Shown here in pieces: positions 1 to 9,967 of a stretch of DNA of 64,000 nucleotides (position 1 is the stretch's first letter; each line of letters opens with the position of its first letter). The DNA comes from Dehalococcoidia bacterium. GTDB lineage: Bacteria > Chloroflexota > Dehalococcoidia > SHYB01. The position numbers and the translations under genes were made by a program. The notes beneath the pieces are model-generated. The model ran no database searches and had not been told where the DNA came from. It saw only the letters and a list, made by a program, of their open reading frames with translations. The stretch spans positions 32,279-96,278 of the forward strand of contig OZ244810.1 of assembly GCA_965220155.1 (NCBI GenBank), in the 5' to 3' direction.

Positions 1-568
1 GGTTGATGCTGCCCTCGCCTCCGAAGTGCAGGCGCGGCCCGGGCCTCTGGACCGGCTTCGGCTCGAAGACGAAGGGCCCAACCGAATAGAACTCGCCCTT
101 GAACTCCACCATCGGGTCAGTCCACAGGCGCTTCATCACCTCGATCATTTCGACCGTGCGCCTCCCTTTGTTCTCGTAGGCAAGCCCCACCGTGTCAAAC
201 TCAGCCTGCATCCATCCGGTACCGACCCCCAACAAGAGCCGGCCATTAGAAAGCTGGTCCAGCGTTGCCACTTGCTTCGCGACGAGAGTTGGGTCCCGGA
301 GCGGAAGGATCAGGATATTGGTCCCAAGAAGAATCCGCTTCGTGGCGGAAGCGACGAAGCCCAAGGAAACGAGGGGGTCCAACCAGGGTGTGGAGCGGTC
401 GAACGGAGGTGTGCCGTCCTCCGTGTAAGGGTAGTTCGACGGAATCACGCGAGGCACCACCAGATGGTCGGATACCATGAGCAAGTCGTAGCCGAGATTG
501 TCAGCCGTCTGGGCCACGGCAACATAGTCCTGGGCAGCGACGCCCGCAATACTGAACCCGATCTTCAT
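1..568 (-). CDS. Luciferase-like (LLM) flavin/F420-dependent oxidoreductase; 5' portion only, gene runs off the left window edge
   Basis: Reverse-complement translation from ATG at 566-568 gives MKIGFSIAGVAAQDYVAVAQTADNLGYDLLMVSDHLVVP...LLGVGTGW, the typical LLM/TIM-barrel N-terminus. GGAGG RBS 6 nt upstream. Absent from the ORF track because it is open-ended. Confidence 0.8.
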   Translation of the reverse strand, partial: MKIGFSIAGVAAQDYVAVAQTADNLGYDLLMVSDHLVVPRVIPSNYPYTEDGTPPFDRSTPWLDPLVSLGFVASATKRILLGTNILILPLRDPTLVAKQVATLDQLSNGRLLLGVGTGWMQAEFDTVGLAYENKGRRTVEMIEVMKRLWTDPMVEFKGEFYSVGPFVFEPKPVQRPGPRLHFGGEGSIN

Positions 569-669
569 TGAGCCCTCCTCACGAGGCGTCCCTGAATGCC
601 GACAGTCCACCCATCCGTCCGTATAATGCCACAGGGCTCGGGTCTTGGGAGTCCGTCAAAGGAGGCCAC

Positions 670-1578
670 ATGCGGGACGGAAAGCTGAGAATCGGGGCGA
701 TGTTCCCGGTCGCCGACCTAGGCGGAGACCCGGGACCGCTGCGGGGCTTCGCCCAAGCGGTCGAGGACGCGGGCTACGACGACCTGTACATCTCAGAGCA
801 CGTCCTTGGCGCCGACCGCAGCGTCCGCCCGGAATGGAGGCCCATGGCCGGAGGCCCGGCGCCCTACGACCACACCAACCCGTTTCACGATCCTTTCGTC
901 GCCTTCGGTTTTCTGGCAGGAGTGACCAGCCGGGTCCGGCTCATCAGTGGGGTGCTGGTGCTGGGAATGAGGCAAGCGGCCCTGGTGGCCAAGCAGGCCG
1001 CCGCAGCCGACGTGCTCACCAATGGACGCATTACCCTGGGCATTGGAGTCGGGTGGAACGACGTCGAGTATGAGGCCATGGGGGTCCCGTGGAAGAGCCG
1101 GGGCGCCCTCGTGGAGGAGCAGATCGAGCTCATGCGTGCGCTCTGGACCAACGAAGTCATTAGCTTCGAGGGCAAATGGCACAAGGTGACGGCCGCTGGA
1201 ATCAACCCGCTTCCCGTCCAGCGGCCGATCCCGATCTGGATTGGGGGCGGGGCCGACGCAGTCATCAAACGGGCTGGGCGCATTGGTGATGGCTTCTATC
1301 CCAACTTCAGGCCGGATGACCACGGGAAACGAAAGGCGGAGATGCTGTGGGATGCCGCTCGCCACGCTGGACGCGACCCCTCCGGCGTGCCGCTCATCGG
1401 TGGGCTCTCCCTGGCGGGGCAGACTGTCGAGGCCGCCGTCGAAGAGGCCCGGGCCTGGAAGAACATCGGGGCCGCGGGGGTGGTCCTGCGCTCGGTTGGA
1501 GGTGGCGACAAAACGGTCGATTGGCATGTCGGGGCGGTGCGCCGGGTAAGAGCACTGATAGAGGAAGCCGGCCTCTAG
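670..1578 (+). CDS. LLM class F420/flavin-dependent oxidoreductase
   Basis: The ORF 568..1578 was trimmed to the M of MRDGKLRIGAMFPV. LLM motifs (GxGVGW, LISGVLVLG) are present, and it is a paralogue of 37787..38668. Confidence 0.85.
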   Translation: MRDGKLRIGAMFPVADLGGDPGPLRGFAQAVEDAGYDDLYISEHVLGADRSVRPEWRPMAGGPAPYDHTNPFHDPFVAFGFLAGVTSRVRLISGVLVLGMRQAALVAKQAAAADVLTNGRITLGIGVGWNDVEYEAMGVPWKSRGALVEEQIELMRALWTNEVISFEGKWHKVTAAGINPLPVQRPIPIWIGGGADAVIKRAGRIGDGFYPNFRPDDHGKRKAEMLWDAARHAGRDPSGVPLIGGLSLAGQTVEAAVEEARAWKNIGAAGVVLRSVGGGDKTVDWHVGAVRRVRALIEEAGL

Positions 1579-1673
1579 CAGAGCCGGCCGACGGGCCGGG
1601 ACGAAACAAGAGCAGCCTTCCCGCCGCGACGGGAGCCAGCCATCGAGTCAACCCCGCGGAGAAGAACACGGAA

Positions 1674-2828
1674 ATGACGTTACAGCCCTTCCGTATCGAC
1701 CTCCCCGACTCCGTCCTCGAAGACCTGAAGACGCGGCTGGCGCGGACAAGGTGGCCGGACGAGGTCCCGGGGGCGGGCTGGGACTACGGGAGCAACTTGG
1801 GCTACATCAAAGAGCTGGTCGAGTACTGGAGAACGAGCTACGACTGGCGCGCCCAGGAAAGAATGCTCAACTCTTTCGCCCAGTTCACGACACAGATCGA
1901 CGGCCTCGGCGTTCACTTCGTCCACGAAAAGGGTCGAGGCCCGGACCCCCTTCCCTTGATCATCCTGCACGGCTGGCCGGGCTCGTTCTGGGAAATGTAC
2001 AAAGTGATCGGCCCCCTGGCCGATCCTGCCTCCCATGGCGGCGATGCAGCCGACGCCTTCGATGTCATAGTCCCCTCCTTGCCCGGGTACGGGTTCTCCG
2101 GCCGGCCCGCAACGAAGGGTGTGAACGGGGCCCGCATAGGCGAAATGCTGAACACCTTGATGACCGGGGCCTTGGGGCACTCCCGCTACTTCTTGCAGGG
2201 CGGCGACTGGGGAGCCATCATCGGGACTCGCATGGCATACGCCTTCCCCCAAAATGTCGTAGGGTTCCACCTGAACCTGGTCCTCGACCAAGCGCCGCCC
2301 CCGCCGGAAGAGCAGCAGTCTCCGGAGGAGAAGGCGTGGAGGAAGCGCTTGGCCGCTTACCAGAGGGAGGAGATGGGCTATGGGCGCATCCAGGGGACGA
2401 AGCCCCAAACGCTGGCTTATGGGCTCAACGACTCCCCCGCCGGACTCGCCGCCTGGATCGTCGAGAAGTTCCGGACATGGTCCGACTGCGGGGGAGATAT
2501 CGAGTCCGTCTACACCAAGGACGAGCTGCTGACCAACATCATGCTCTACTGGGTCACCGAGACCATCAACTCGTCCACACGGCTCTATTACGAGGGTGGC
2601 CATGGCGAGCGGCTGGTGCCCGTTGGAGAGCGGCCCAAGCCTCCCATGGGCGCCTTGGCCTTCCAAAAGCATGCCAGCACAACAATCCGCGAGGTGGCGG
2701 AAAGGTCGTTCAACGTCCAGCGCTGGACGCAGATTTCGAAGGGCCTCCACTTCGGCACGCTGGAGGCCCCTCTCGAGATGGTCGAGGATATAGGCGAATT
2801 CTTCAGGCCTCTCCGCGCTCAGGTCTAG
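1674..2828 (+). CDS. Epoxide hydrolase (microsomal EH-like alpha/beta hydrolase)
   Basis: Within ORF 1347..2828 the start was set at MTLQPFRIDLPDSVLEDLKTRLARTRWPDE, the EH N-terminal domain. The HGWPGSF oxyanion motif and an alpha/beta hydrolase core are present, with a GGAG RBS. The long low-complexity N-extension in the track was rejected. Confidence 0.85.
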   Translation: MTLQPFRIDLPDSVLEDLKTRLARTRWPDEVPGAGWDYGSNLGYIKELVEYWRTSYDWRAQERMLNSFAQFTTQIDGLGVHFVHEKGRGPDPLPLIILHGWPGSFWEMYKVIGPLADPASHGGDAADAFDVIVPSLPGYGFSGRPATKGVNGARIGEMLNTLMTGALGHSRYFLQGGDWGAIIGTRMAYAFPQNVVGFHLNLVLDQAPPPPEEQQSPEEKAWRKRLAAYQREEMGYGRIQGTKPQTLAYGLNDSPAGLAAWIVEKFRTWSDCGGDIESVYTKDELLTNIMLYWVTETINSSTRLYYEGGHGERLVPVGERPKPPMGALAFQKHASTTIREVAERSFNVQRWTQISKGLHFGTLEAPLEMVEDIGEFFRPLRAQV

Positions 2829-2961
2829 CCTTCGATCTAAGTCTAAGAGTCCTTAACCCAAGTCTAGTCCTTAGTCCAAAATGAGCTCGTCGGCGTTAGG
2901 CAGCACCGAGGCGAGGCTTCTCGACGAGTACGTCCGCGTCAAAAATGTTCAGGAGGAGACC

Positions 2962-3744
2962 GCCATGCAGCTGAAGGATAGGGTCGCAATCATCACAGGC
3001 GGGGGGCGGGGAATCGGGCGGCTGACCGCCCTTAGATTCGCCCGGGAGGGCGCGAAGCTGATGCTGGCCGCCCGAACGCAGTCGCAGATCGACTCGGTGG
3101 TCGATGAGGTCAAGGCGCTGGGCGCTACCGCCGTCGCATTCCAGACAGACGTCACGTCGGAGGCCCAGGTCCAGGCGATGGTCGCCCAAACTATCGAAGA
3201 GCTCGGAGCCATCGACATCATGGTGAATAATGCCGCGGGCTCGGGGGAGCAGATGGAGCTCCTGGACATGCCAATGGAGAAATGGGACTACACTCTCTCC
3301 GCCACTCTGCGCTCCACCGTGATGTGCTCCAAGTATGCCCTCCAGCACATGGTCCCCAGGCGGTCAGGGACGGTGATCAACAACGCCTCTCGCGCGGGAC
3401 GAATCGGGCTTCCGGGCAGGACGGACTACTCACCGGCCAAGGCCGGCGTCATCAGATTCACGCATGCCCTGGCCCGGGAGACGGCAGCCCACAACATCCG
3501 CGTCAACTGCGTCGTGCCGGGCGCCATCGACACCGAGTCACTCCGGGGCTACTTCCGTTGGCTGGGCGAGAAGCGGGGCACCAGCTACGAGCATGAGCGG
3601 GCTAATTACATGGAGCACGCGGGGACCATGAAGATACCGGTAGCCGAAGAGGTGGCCGAGGTGATGCTGTTCCTCGCCTCCGACGCATCGAGTGGAATCC
3701 ACGGGCAGTGCATCGATGTCAATGGAGGCTCGTGGATGTCGTGA
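2962..3744 (+). CDS. SDR family oxidoreductase
   Basis: Start set at MQLKDRVAIITGGGRGIGR (Rossmann TGxxxGxG) with a CAGGAGGAG RBS. Catalytic YxxxK (YSPAK) is present. Confidence 0.85.
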   Translation, partial: AMQLKDRVAIITGGGRGIGRLTALRFAREGAKLMLAARTQSQIDSVVDEVKALGATAVAFQTDVTSEAQVQAMVAQTIEELGAIDIMVNNAAGSGEQMELLDMPMEKWDYTLSATLRSTVMCSKYALQHMVPRRSGTVINNASRAGRIGLPGRTDYSPAKAGVIRFTHALARETAAHNIRVNCVVPGAIDTESLRGYFRWLGEKRGTSYEHERANYMEHAGTMKIPVAEEVAEVMLFLASDASSGIHGQCIDVNGGSWMS

Positions 3745-4024
3745 TAGGGTCACCCGTAGCTGTTCAGAGCTGAGGCTCCCGCAGCCCCGTTCACCCCGAG
3801 TAGCGCCCTTCGATACACCCCAACGAGGCGTCGGGGCACTCAGGGCAGTCGTGCATTGGCGCGTATCGAGGGGCGCCCGCCGGGTCTTACCAAACGTGAA
3901 CAACCAGAGCAGAGCACCTGTTCGCGGTTGACAGTGGGTGGGATGGAACATGGTGTGCAAGCAAGAGCGCCGGCCCGCGTAAGCGGACCGGCGCTCGCGG
4001 AAGTCGGGGGCCGGGTGGCCGCGC

Positions 4025-4663
4025 CTACTGCGCCGTAAAGGCCCCCGTTACGCCGTTCACGACGACCGTGTAAGTGACGCCCGAGGTGAAGTCCCCTCCC
4101 AGCGGTACCCGGGTGACTACCGTCGGCAGGTCGCGGGTGCACCGCAGCCCCTCCTCCCGGAACTCCAGGTGGGTCACGGTCACGCGTATCGTGTGGGCAG
4201 AGCGCCGGTCTATGTCGTAGCCGTTGAACTTGGAGCACTTGCTGCCCAACGGCAGCGTCGATGCCACCGACACCTGGTACTGCGGCGGGAAGGACTCGAG
4301 TATGACGACCTCGACCTTCCGGACCGGCGACTCGGCCACGGCCGCCTTGGGCCATTCTGGGTCGCGGGCGACGAATGCGTTCGTCACCTCGCCGTTCACG
4401 ACGACCGTGTAAGTGACGCCCGCAGTGAAGTCGGAGCCCAGATCCACCTCACCCTCGTGCGTGCCGTAGACCGCCGTGCAGGCGATCGGGCCGGTCGGCA
4501 CGAGGTTGGTGACCGTCACGTCGAGCACCTTGCCGCGGCGCTCCAGATCGTAGCCGTCGAACCTGACGCATCCCGACGGCAGCCCGGATATGATCGACAG
4601 CGAGTAACCCGTGTGGTCGCCGGTCACGACGACGGACTCGACCGGAGCGGGCTTTCTCGTCAT
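4025..4663 (-). CDS. Hypothetical protein made of two ~100-aa tandem repeat domains (ESFPPQY...LPxGC..F.GYD..RRG...VTVT.L......CT.....LG.DFT.GVTYTVVVNG)
   Basis: Internal start MTRKPAPVES inside track ORF 4025..5362. The Arg/Gly-rich N-extension in the track is implausible and overlaps the upstream gene. The two repeats are visible directly in the translation. Lies 30 nt downstream of the YbaY-like gene on the same strand. Confidence 0.5.
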   Translation of the reverse strand: MTRKPAPVESVVVTGDHTGYSLSIISGLPSGCVRFDGYDLERRGKVLDVTVTNLVPTGPIACTAVYGTHEGEVDLGSDFTAGVTYTVVVNGEVTNAFVARDPEWPKAAVAESPVRKVEVVILESFPPQYQVSVASTLPLGSKCSKFNGYDIDRRSAHTIRVTVTHLEFREEGLRCTRDLPTVVTRVPLGGDFTSGVTYTVVVNGVTGAFTAQ

Positions 4664-4692
4664 TTCTAGTGCCGGGGTAGGGGACGCCGGGT

Positions 4693-5565
4693 TCACGCGC
4701 TCGAGCACCATGTCGACGTGGGTGGGTTGCCCCGGGTGATCACGTCGTACGCTGTCGTGGTTATGAAGAGCATGCGGCCGCTGTCGCGGATGACGGCCTG
4801 GACGGCGTATGTGAACCGGTCGTCGATGGCCGAGGGGTCGTACTCGATCTCGAACCTCAGGGGGACCTGGCCCGGGTCGACGATCGTCACCTTGGCCAGC
4901 GTGATCGAAGGCGCGTCTTGCAGCGACACGTCCAGCAGCTCGACCTCGACGGTCTCGTCCGGCCCCAGGGCCATCCGCTCCCGGTAGGTGATCGTTCCCG
5001 TGACCCTGGCCGTGGCCGCCACCGGCGAGTAGTTGGCGGTGGTGAAGGCGAACTCCTCGTCGGCCATGTTGGCCACGTAGTCGAAGCTGGCGTCCATCGG
5101 GTAGCCGATCTCGGAATCGTAGCTGACGGTAATCCGGGAGGCCTCGCGGTCTATGGCTTCCTGGATCAGCTGGAACAGGCCGTCGATTGTCACGTAGCGC
5201 TCGAGCTCGTCGTGCTCCGGCGCTTTGCCGGACTCCACGTAGATCACCGACTCGACCACTCCCTCCTCGACCCTGATCTCGACGGGCTCCACAAGGGGCG
5301 GCGGGCAGAAGCAGAGCGGCGTCAGCTCGAACGAGTAGTCGTCGGCGCTGTTGGCTTCCCACAGGGCCCGGCGCTTATCGAGCTCGGCCTGCGCCCGTTC
5401 GAGCGCGTCCTTGCTCTCCCCGTCATCCGGGCGCGTGTCAGGAGCAGGCGGCGCCGGGTCGGCCGTCGTCGGCGTCGGGCTGGCGGGAGCGCTCTCACAC
5501 GCGATGAAAACAATCATCAGCACGCCGGCAAGCAGGGTGATCGTGGCGGCCAGTCTGGCGCTCAT
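4693..5565 (-). CDS. Lipoprotein with C-terminal YbaY-like domain
   Basis: Signal peptide plus lipobox (LLAGVLMIVFIAC). The C-terminal half (TGTITYRERMALGPDETVEVELLDVSLQDA...DPSAIDDRFTYAVQAVIRDSGRMLFITTTAYDVIT) matches the YbaY lipoprotein pattern. The N-terminal half is of unknown function. Confidence 0.65.
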   Translation of the reverse strand: MSARLAATITLLAGVLMIVFIACESAPASPTPTTADPAPPAPDTRPDDGESKDALERAQAELDKRRALWEANSADDYSFELTPLCFCPPPLVEPVEIRVEEGVVESVIYVESGKAPEHDELERYVTIDGLFQLIQEAIDREASRITVSYDSEIGYPMDASFDYVANMADEEFAFTTANYSPVAATARVTGTITYRERMALGPDETVEVELLDVSLQDAPSITLAKVTIVDPGQVPLRFEIEYDPSAIDDRFTYAVQAVIRDSGRMLFITTTAYDVITRGNPPTSTWCSSA

Positions 5566-5902
5566 CTTGTCAGTTGCCCTCTAGGGTGCGTCTTCCGAGC
5601 CTTCACCTATCATGACGCAATCCGGCCGAGTTTCGTTCCCTTTCGCACCGCCCCGACGTACGCGCGCATTCGGTAGGCTTCCAAGTTCCGTTTGATAGAC
5701 TCCAAGCGCCGTGTGGCCGCCGGGCCGCGCCAATCCGCACGTTCGTTCCCTGAGCGCAAGGCCCTCATTCGGGCAGTCGGGACTGACAGGAGCCCTATCG
5801 CTCACCCTGTTTCCTTGACGCTCCATCACGCGGCGCGTAGCATCGGCGTCGCTCTCCTCCCGACCCGCGCGGGAGCGATCATCCCATCCACGGAGGCCCA
5901 CA

Positions 5903-6709
5903 ATGGCCTATGAAGACCTAACCTTCCGGGTCGAAGACAACATCGCCATCGTTACGATGAGCCGCCCCGACGCCCTCAACGCCTTGAGCCAGGCGATGTT
6001 CGACTCTCTCGAGGCTTCGTACAAGGAGATCAACGAACGGGATGACATCCGCGTAGCAGTGTTCACCGGCGCAGGCCGGGGGTTCTGCTCGGGAGTCGAC
6101 ATCAAGCTGACCCCCCTGTCGAGCGGGAAGCGCCTCCGCCCGAACCTCGGCCCCACCGACTACTGGACTGCGAAGGCCCAAAGCGTGACCAAGCCGACGA
6201 TCGCCGCCGTCAACGGACACGCGGTCGGCGGCGGACTGGCCCTGGCCCTTGCGATGGATGTCCGAATCGCCTCCGACCAGGCCCGCCTTTCCACCCGTTT
6301 CTCGCAGCTGGGAGCGCCCGTGTTGGACGGAGTTGGGAACCTCTTGCCTCGGGTCGTGGGCGTCCCCAAGGCGCTGGAGCTGCTGTATACGGCCGAGATG
6401 CTGACGGGGGAAAAGGCGGCTGAGATTGGCCTGGTGAACTACGTTTACCCCCACGAGGAGTTCTGGGAGAAGACTATGGACTTCGCTCGGAAGCTGGCCC
6501 AGGGGCCTCCACTGGGGTTGGCCCTCACGAAATGGGTCGTCTATAACTCCTACGACAAGAGTTTCCTCGAGCACCTGCCGAACCAGCTCTACGCATCGAC
6601 GATCAACAGCCGGTTGGCGGAGCACGACCTCCAAGAAGGCGGCCGCGCCTTCGCCGAACGGCGGGACCCCTCGTTCCGCGGCGTCATTCCCCCCGAGGAG
6701 GGCGCGTAG
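5903..6709 (+). CDS. Enoyl-CoA hydratase/isomerase family protein
   Basis: Crotonase-fold motifs: AVFTGAGRGFCSGVDI and AAVNGHAVGGGLALALAMD. Confidence 0.85.
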   Translation: MAYEDLTFRVEDNIAIVTMSRPDALNALSQAMFDSLEASYKEINERDDIRVAVFTGAGRGFCSGVDIKLTPLSSGKRLRPNLGPTDYWTAKAQSVTKPTIAAVNGHAVGGGLALALAMDVRIASDQARLSTRFSQLGAPVLDGVGNLLPRVVGVPKALELLYTAEMLTGEKAAEIGLVNYVYPHEEFWEKTMDFARKLAQGPPLGLALTKWVVYNSYDKSFLEHLPNQLYASTINSRLAEHDLQEGGRAFAERRDPSFRGVIPPEEGA

Positions 6710-6892
6710 CACGCGTGGAGAGCTGCGCCGTCTTCCCGGCGATGGAGACCGGGACAGACCACCGGAGAGCCGTAAGAGAGTCCCCCCAAGCCGCCGAGGG
6801 CCTCGGGTGCTGCGCTCTCCCGGTGTTCGATCAAGCTCGGCGCCGACGTCAGCGGCCGGCCCGGCTGCGACGGACCGTTCACGGGTAAGCAC

Positions 6893-8128
6893 ATGTCGAA
6901 ACGCTTCGACATCGCCATCATCGGTGGAGGAATCCTGGGATGCGCCACGGCATACCACCTGACGCTCCAGTTCCCGCGGACCTCCATCTGCATCCTCGAA
7001 AAGGAGAGCGGACTTGCCGCGCATCAGACGGGGCACAACAGCGGCGTGATCCACTCCGGCATCTACTACCGGCCGGGCTCGATGAAAGCACTCAACTGCG
7101 TGAGCGGCGCGAGAGCCCTGATGTCGTTCTGCGAGGAGAGCGGAGTCGGGTACGACCTCTGCGGAAAGGTCGTGGTGGCAACCGACGATGGTGAAGTCGA
7201 AGGGCTGAAGGAGCTCCACCGCAGGGGCGAGGCCAACGGTGTGCCAGGCCTGGAGCTCATCGGTCCGGAACGCCTCCGGGAGCTCGAGCCCCACTCGGAA
7301 GGGGTGCTCGCCCTGCACTCGCCTCGGACCGGCATCGTGGACTACCGGGAGCTGACGAGGGCCTACGCCAAGCGGGCCATCGAGGCCGGCGGGCTGCTGC
7401 TGACGGGACACGAGGTGCTGAGCATTCGGACGCACGCACGCGGACATCACCTCCAGACCGGCGCCGCGGACATCGAGGCAGCCAACCTGGTCAACTGCGC
7501 GGGCCTCCATTCAGATGCGGTGGCCAAAATGGCGGGCCTTCGGCCTGATATCCGCATCATCCCTTTCCGAGGGGAATACTACATGCTGTCTCCCAGCGCC
7601 CATCACCTCGTGAACGGGTTGATCTACCCCGTCCCGGACCCCGAGTTCCCTTTCCTCGGGGTCCATTTCACCAGAACGATCGATGGCCACGTGGAAGCGG
7701 GCCCCAACGCCGTCCTGGCATTCGCGCGGGAAGGCTATTCGATGGGACGGATCAGCCCGTCCGACCTCGCCGGCCTGGCTGGGTACCCAGGGTTCTGGAG
7801 GATGGCCTCCCGGTACTGGAGAACAGGCGCTCGGGAGTTTCGCCGGTCGCTGAGCAAAAGGGCCTTCACGCAAGCGCTCCAAAAGCTCGTTCCCGATTTG
7901 CGGGAGCAGGACCTCGCGCGGGGTGCGGCCGGCGTCCGGGCCCAGGCTGTCGATCGCACCGGGTCCCTGGTGGACGATTTCCGGATCGTCGCGTCCTCGA
8001 ACGCGGTCCATGTGCTGAATGCCCCTTCGCCGGGGGCAACTGCCTCGCTCGCCATAGGCGAGCACATAGCGGGGATGGCCCGTGGAGCCTTCGGCCTTGT
8101 CGGCAGTCGAGCAGACAGAGACCAATAG
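6893..8128 (+). CDS. lhgO: L-2-hydroxyglutarate oxidase-like FAD-dependent oxidoreductase
   Basis: N-terminal FAD motif DIAIIGGGILG and length/architecture resembling LhgO/YgaF. The symbol is tentative. Confidence 0.75.
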   Translation: MSKRFDIAIIGGGILGCATAYHLTLQFPRTSICILEKESGLAAHQTGHNSGVIHSGIYYRPGSMKALNCVSGARALMSFCEESGVGYDLCGKVVVATDDGEVEGLKELHRRGEANGVPGLELIGPERLRELEPHSEGVLALHSPRTGIVDYRELTRAYAKRAIEAGGLLLTGHEVLSIRTHARGHHLQTGAADIEAANLVNCAGLHSDAVAKMAGLRPDIRIIPFRGEYYMLSPSAHHLVNGLIYPVPDPEFPFLGVHFTRTIDGHVEAGPNAVLAFAREGYSMGRISPSDLAGLAGYPGFWRMASRYWRTGAREFRRSLSKRAFTQALQKLVPDLREQDLARGAAGVRAQAVDRTGSLVDDFRIVASSNAVHVLNAPSPGATASLAIGEHIAGMARGAFGLVGSRADRDQ

Positions 8129-8303
8129 CCGCTGCACCGTCCCCGATCGGCTTCGGAGGAGCGGATACCTTAGCGTTATGTCAACTTTTGTCCACGCCCG
8201 GTAAGCAGTTCCAGAAGTCCAGGGTGCTACAATCCCAGCGCTCTCATCCTTGGCCCGCGCCTCATCCGTGGCTCGACGTTCAAAACGGAGGACAATCCCC
8301 CCT

Positions 8304-9239
8304 GTGGCCACCGTCCTCGTCACCGGCGGGTCTGGCTTCATCGGCTCGCACGTCGCCAGGGCCTACCTCTCGACAGGGCACCGCGTCGTCGTCGCGGACG
8401 ATTTTTCCTCGGGAAGGCGCGTACTGGCGCCCCAGGGGGCGGAGGTCCACGAAGTCGATATCAGGAGCCCGGCGCTGGCGGAGCTGTTCGAGAGGGTCCG
8501 TCCGGACATCGTCAATCACCACGCCGGGCAGATCAGCGTCACCCATTCAGTTCGAGACCCCCAGTTGGACGCCGGCATAAACGTCAGCGGGACGATCAAC
8601 GTCCTCGAAAACGCAGTCCGCGCGGGCTCCAGCCGCTTTATCTGCGCTTCGACGGGCGGCGCCCTGTATGGCGAGCCGGAATACACACCATGCGACGAAA
8701 AGCATCCCATCGCCCCCCTCAGCCCCTACGGCGTCTCGAAGTACTGCGCGGAGCAGTACGTCCGCTACTACTCCCATACGGCCGGCCTCTCGAGCGTCGT
8801 TCTCCGGTACGGGAACGTCTATGGGCCCGGCCAAGACCCTCACGGAGAGGCCGGAGTCGTCGCGATCTTCAGCCAACGGATGCTCAGCGGCGAGCAGGCG
8901 GTGATCTTCGGCAATGGCTTGCAAGAGCGCGATTTCGTCTTCGTCGGCGACGTGGCAGCCGCAAATGTGGCGGCCCTGTCCCTTGGGGACGGTGAAACCC
9001 TGAACATCGGGACGGGAGAAGGGCACTCGGTCAACGAGCTCTACAGCGCCATCGCGGAGGCCACACAGTGCGATCGACCTCCCGTTCACGAAGAGGCCAG
9101 ACCCGGGGAGGTCTTCCGGATTACCCTCGATGCTTCAAGGGCTCAGAAAGTCCTGCGGTGGCGGCCCAAAACCAGCTTCCGCGACGGGATCCAGCGAACT
9201 GTGGAGGCCTTTGCCGCCGAGAGCTCCCGGGGCCGGTAG
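8304..9239 (+). CDS. NAD-dependent epimerase/dehydratase (GalE-like)
   Basis: VLVTGGSGFIGSH Rossmann motif and a YxxxK catalytic motif (YGVSKYCAE). A GTG start 13 nt after GGAGGA was chosen. The track's TTG start at 8250 has no RBS. Confidence 0.8.
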   Translation: MATVLVTGGSGFIGSHVARAYLSTGHRVVVADDFSSGRRVLAPQGAEVHEVDIRSPALAELFERVRPDIVNHHAGQISVTHSVRDPQLDAGINVSGTINVLENAVRAGSSRFICASTGGALYGEPEYTPCDEKHPIAPLSPYGVSKYCAEQYVRYYSHTAGLSSVVLRYGNVYGPGQDPHGEAGVVAIFSQRMLSGEQAVIFGNGLQERDFVFVGDVAAANVAALSLGDGETLNIGTGEGHSVNELYSAIAEATQCDRPPVHEEARPGEVFRITLDASRAQKVLRWRPKTSFRDGIQRTVEAFAAESSRGR

Positions 9240-9247
9240 GGAAACAC

Positions 9248-9862
9248 CTACCGTCTGCGCTTTGAAAGCTCCCTCCAGATATCCTCGGGCTTCAGGCCCG
9301 CCGAAGACAGAAGCACCAGGCTGTGAAACCAGAGGTCGGCCACCTCGTGAACGGTCTCGGCGGCGTTGCCGTTCTTGGCCGCGATGACGGTCTCGCCCGC
9401 CTCTTCTATGACCTTCTTTCCGATCCTGTCGACGCCTTCATGAAGCAGCTTCGCGACATAGCTTCCCTCGGGGGCGGCCGTCTTTCGGCTTTCGATCACG
9501 GAGAAGAGCTCGTCGAGCACGGCGGGGCCGGCCGCTTCGAACTCCAAGTCCGCGCCGTCCAACCCCTGAAAAAAGCACGTGGGCTTGCCGGTGTGGCATG
9601 CCGGGCCCGCCGGCGACCCCTTCAGCAGAATGGTGTCGGTGTCACAATCGACCTGGACCTCGTGGACCTTGATGACGTTTCCAGAGGTCTCGCCCTTGTG
9701 CCATAAGGCCTGACGCGACCTGCTGAAGAACCACGCCTCGCCCGTATCCAGGGTCCTCTCCAGAGACTCGGGCGACATGTAGGCGACCATGAGAACGTCG
9801 CCCGTGTCCCGGTCCTGGGCAATGGCTGGGATCAGCCCCTGCTCGTTCAGCTTTAGCTTCAT
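9248..9862 (-). CDS. hisIE: Bifunctional phosphoribosyl-AMP cyclohydrolase / phosphoribosyl-ATP pyrophosphatase
   Basis: Start at [17 protein letters not shown] (HisI), followed by a HisE-like C-terminus ([18 protein letters not shown]). Confidence 0.85.
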   Translation of the reverse strand: MKLKLNEQGLIPAIAQDRDTGDVLMVAYMSPESLERTLDTGEAWFFSRSRQALWHKGETSGNVIKVHEVQVDCDTDTILLKGSPAGPACHTGKPTCFFQGLDGADLEFEAAGPAVLDELFSVIESRKTAAPEGSYVAKLLHEGVDRIGKKVIEEAGETVIAAKNGNAAETVHEVADLWFHSLVLLSSAGLKPEDIWRELSKRRR

Positions 9863-9967
9863 ATCCGGAGAGAGGGCCAATCCGCACCGAGGCCCTCGAC
9901 TCGATGATAGCACAGGGACCAGGTCCGAACGGCGCACACCCGCGCCCGAGCGGCCGTGTCGACGCTT

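Noticed and set aside
1680-2750. 356-aa minus-strand ORF and the long N-terminal extension (1347-1673) of the epoxide hydrolase ORF
   Set aside because: The antisense ORF has no motifs. The extension is Arg/Gly-rich, overlaps the upstream LLM gene, and the EH domain begins precisely at the RBS-supported ATG at 1674.
5918-7510. 530-aa minus-strand ORF
   Set aside because: Antisense to the enoyl-CoA hydratase and LhgO genes. Arg/Gly/Pro-rich translation typical of shadow ORFs on the opposite strand of GC-rich genes.
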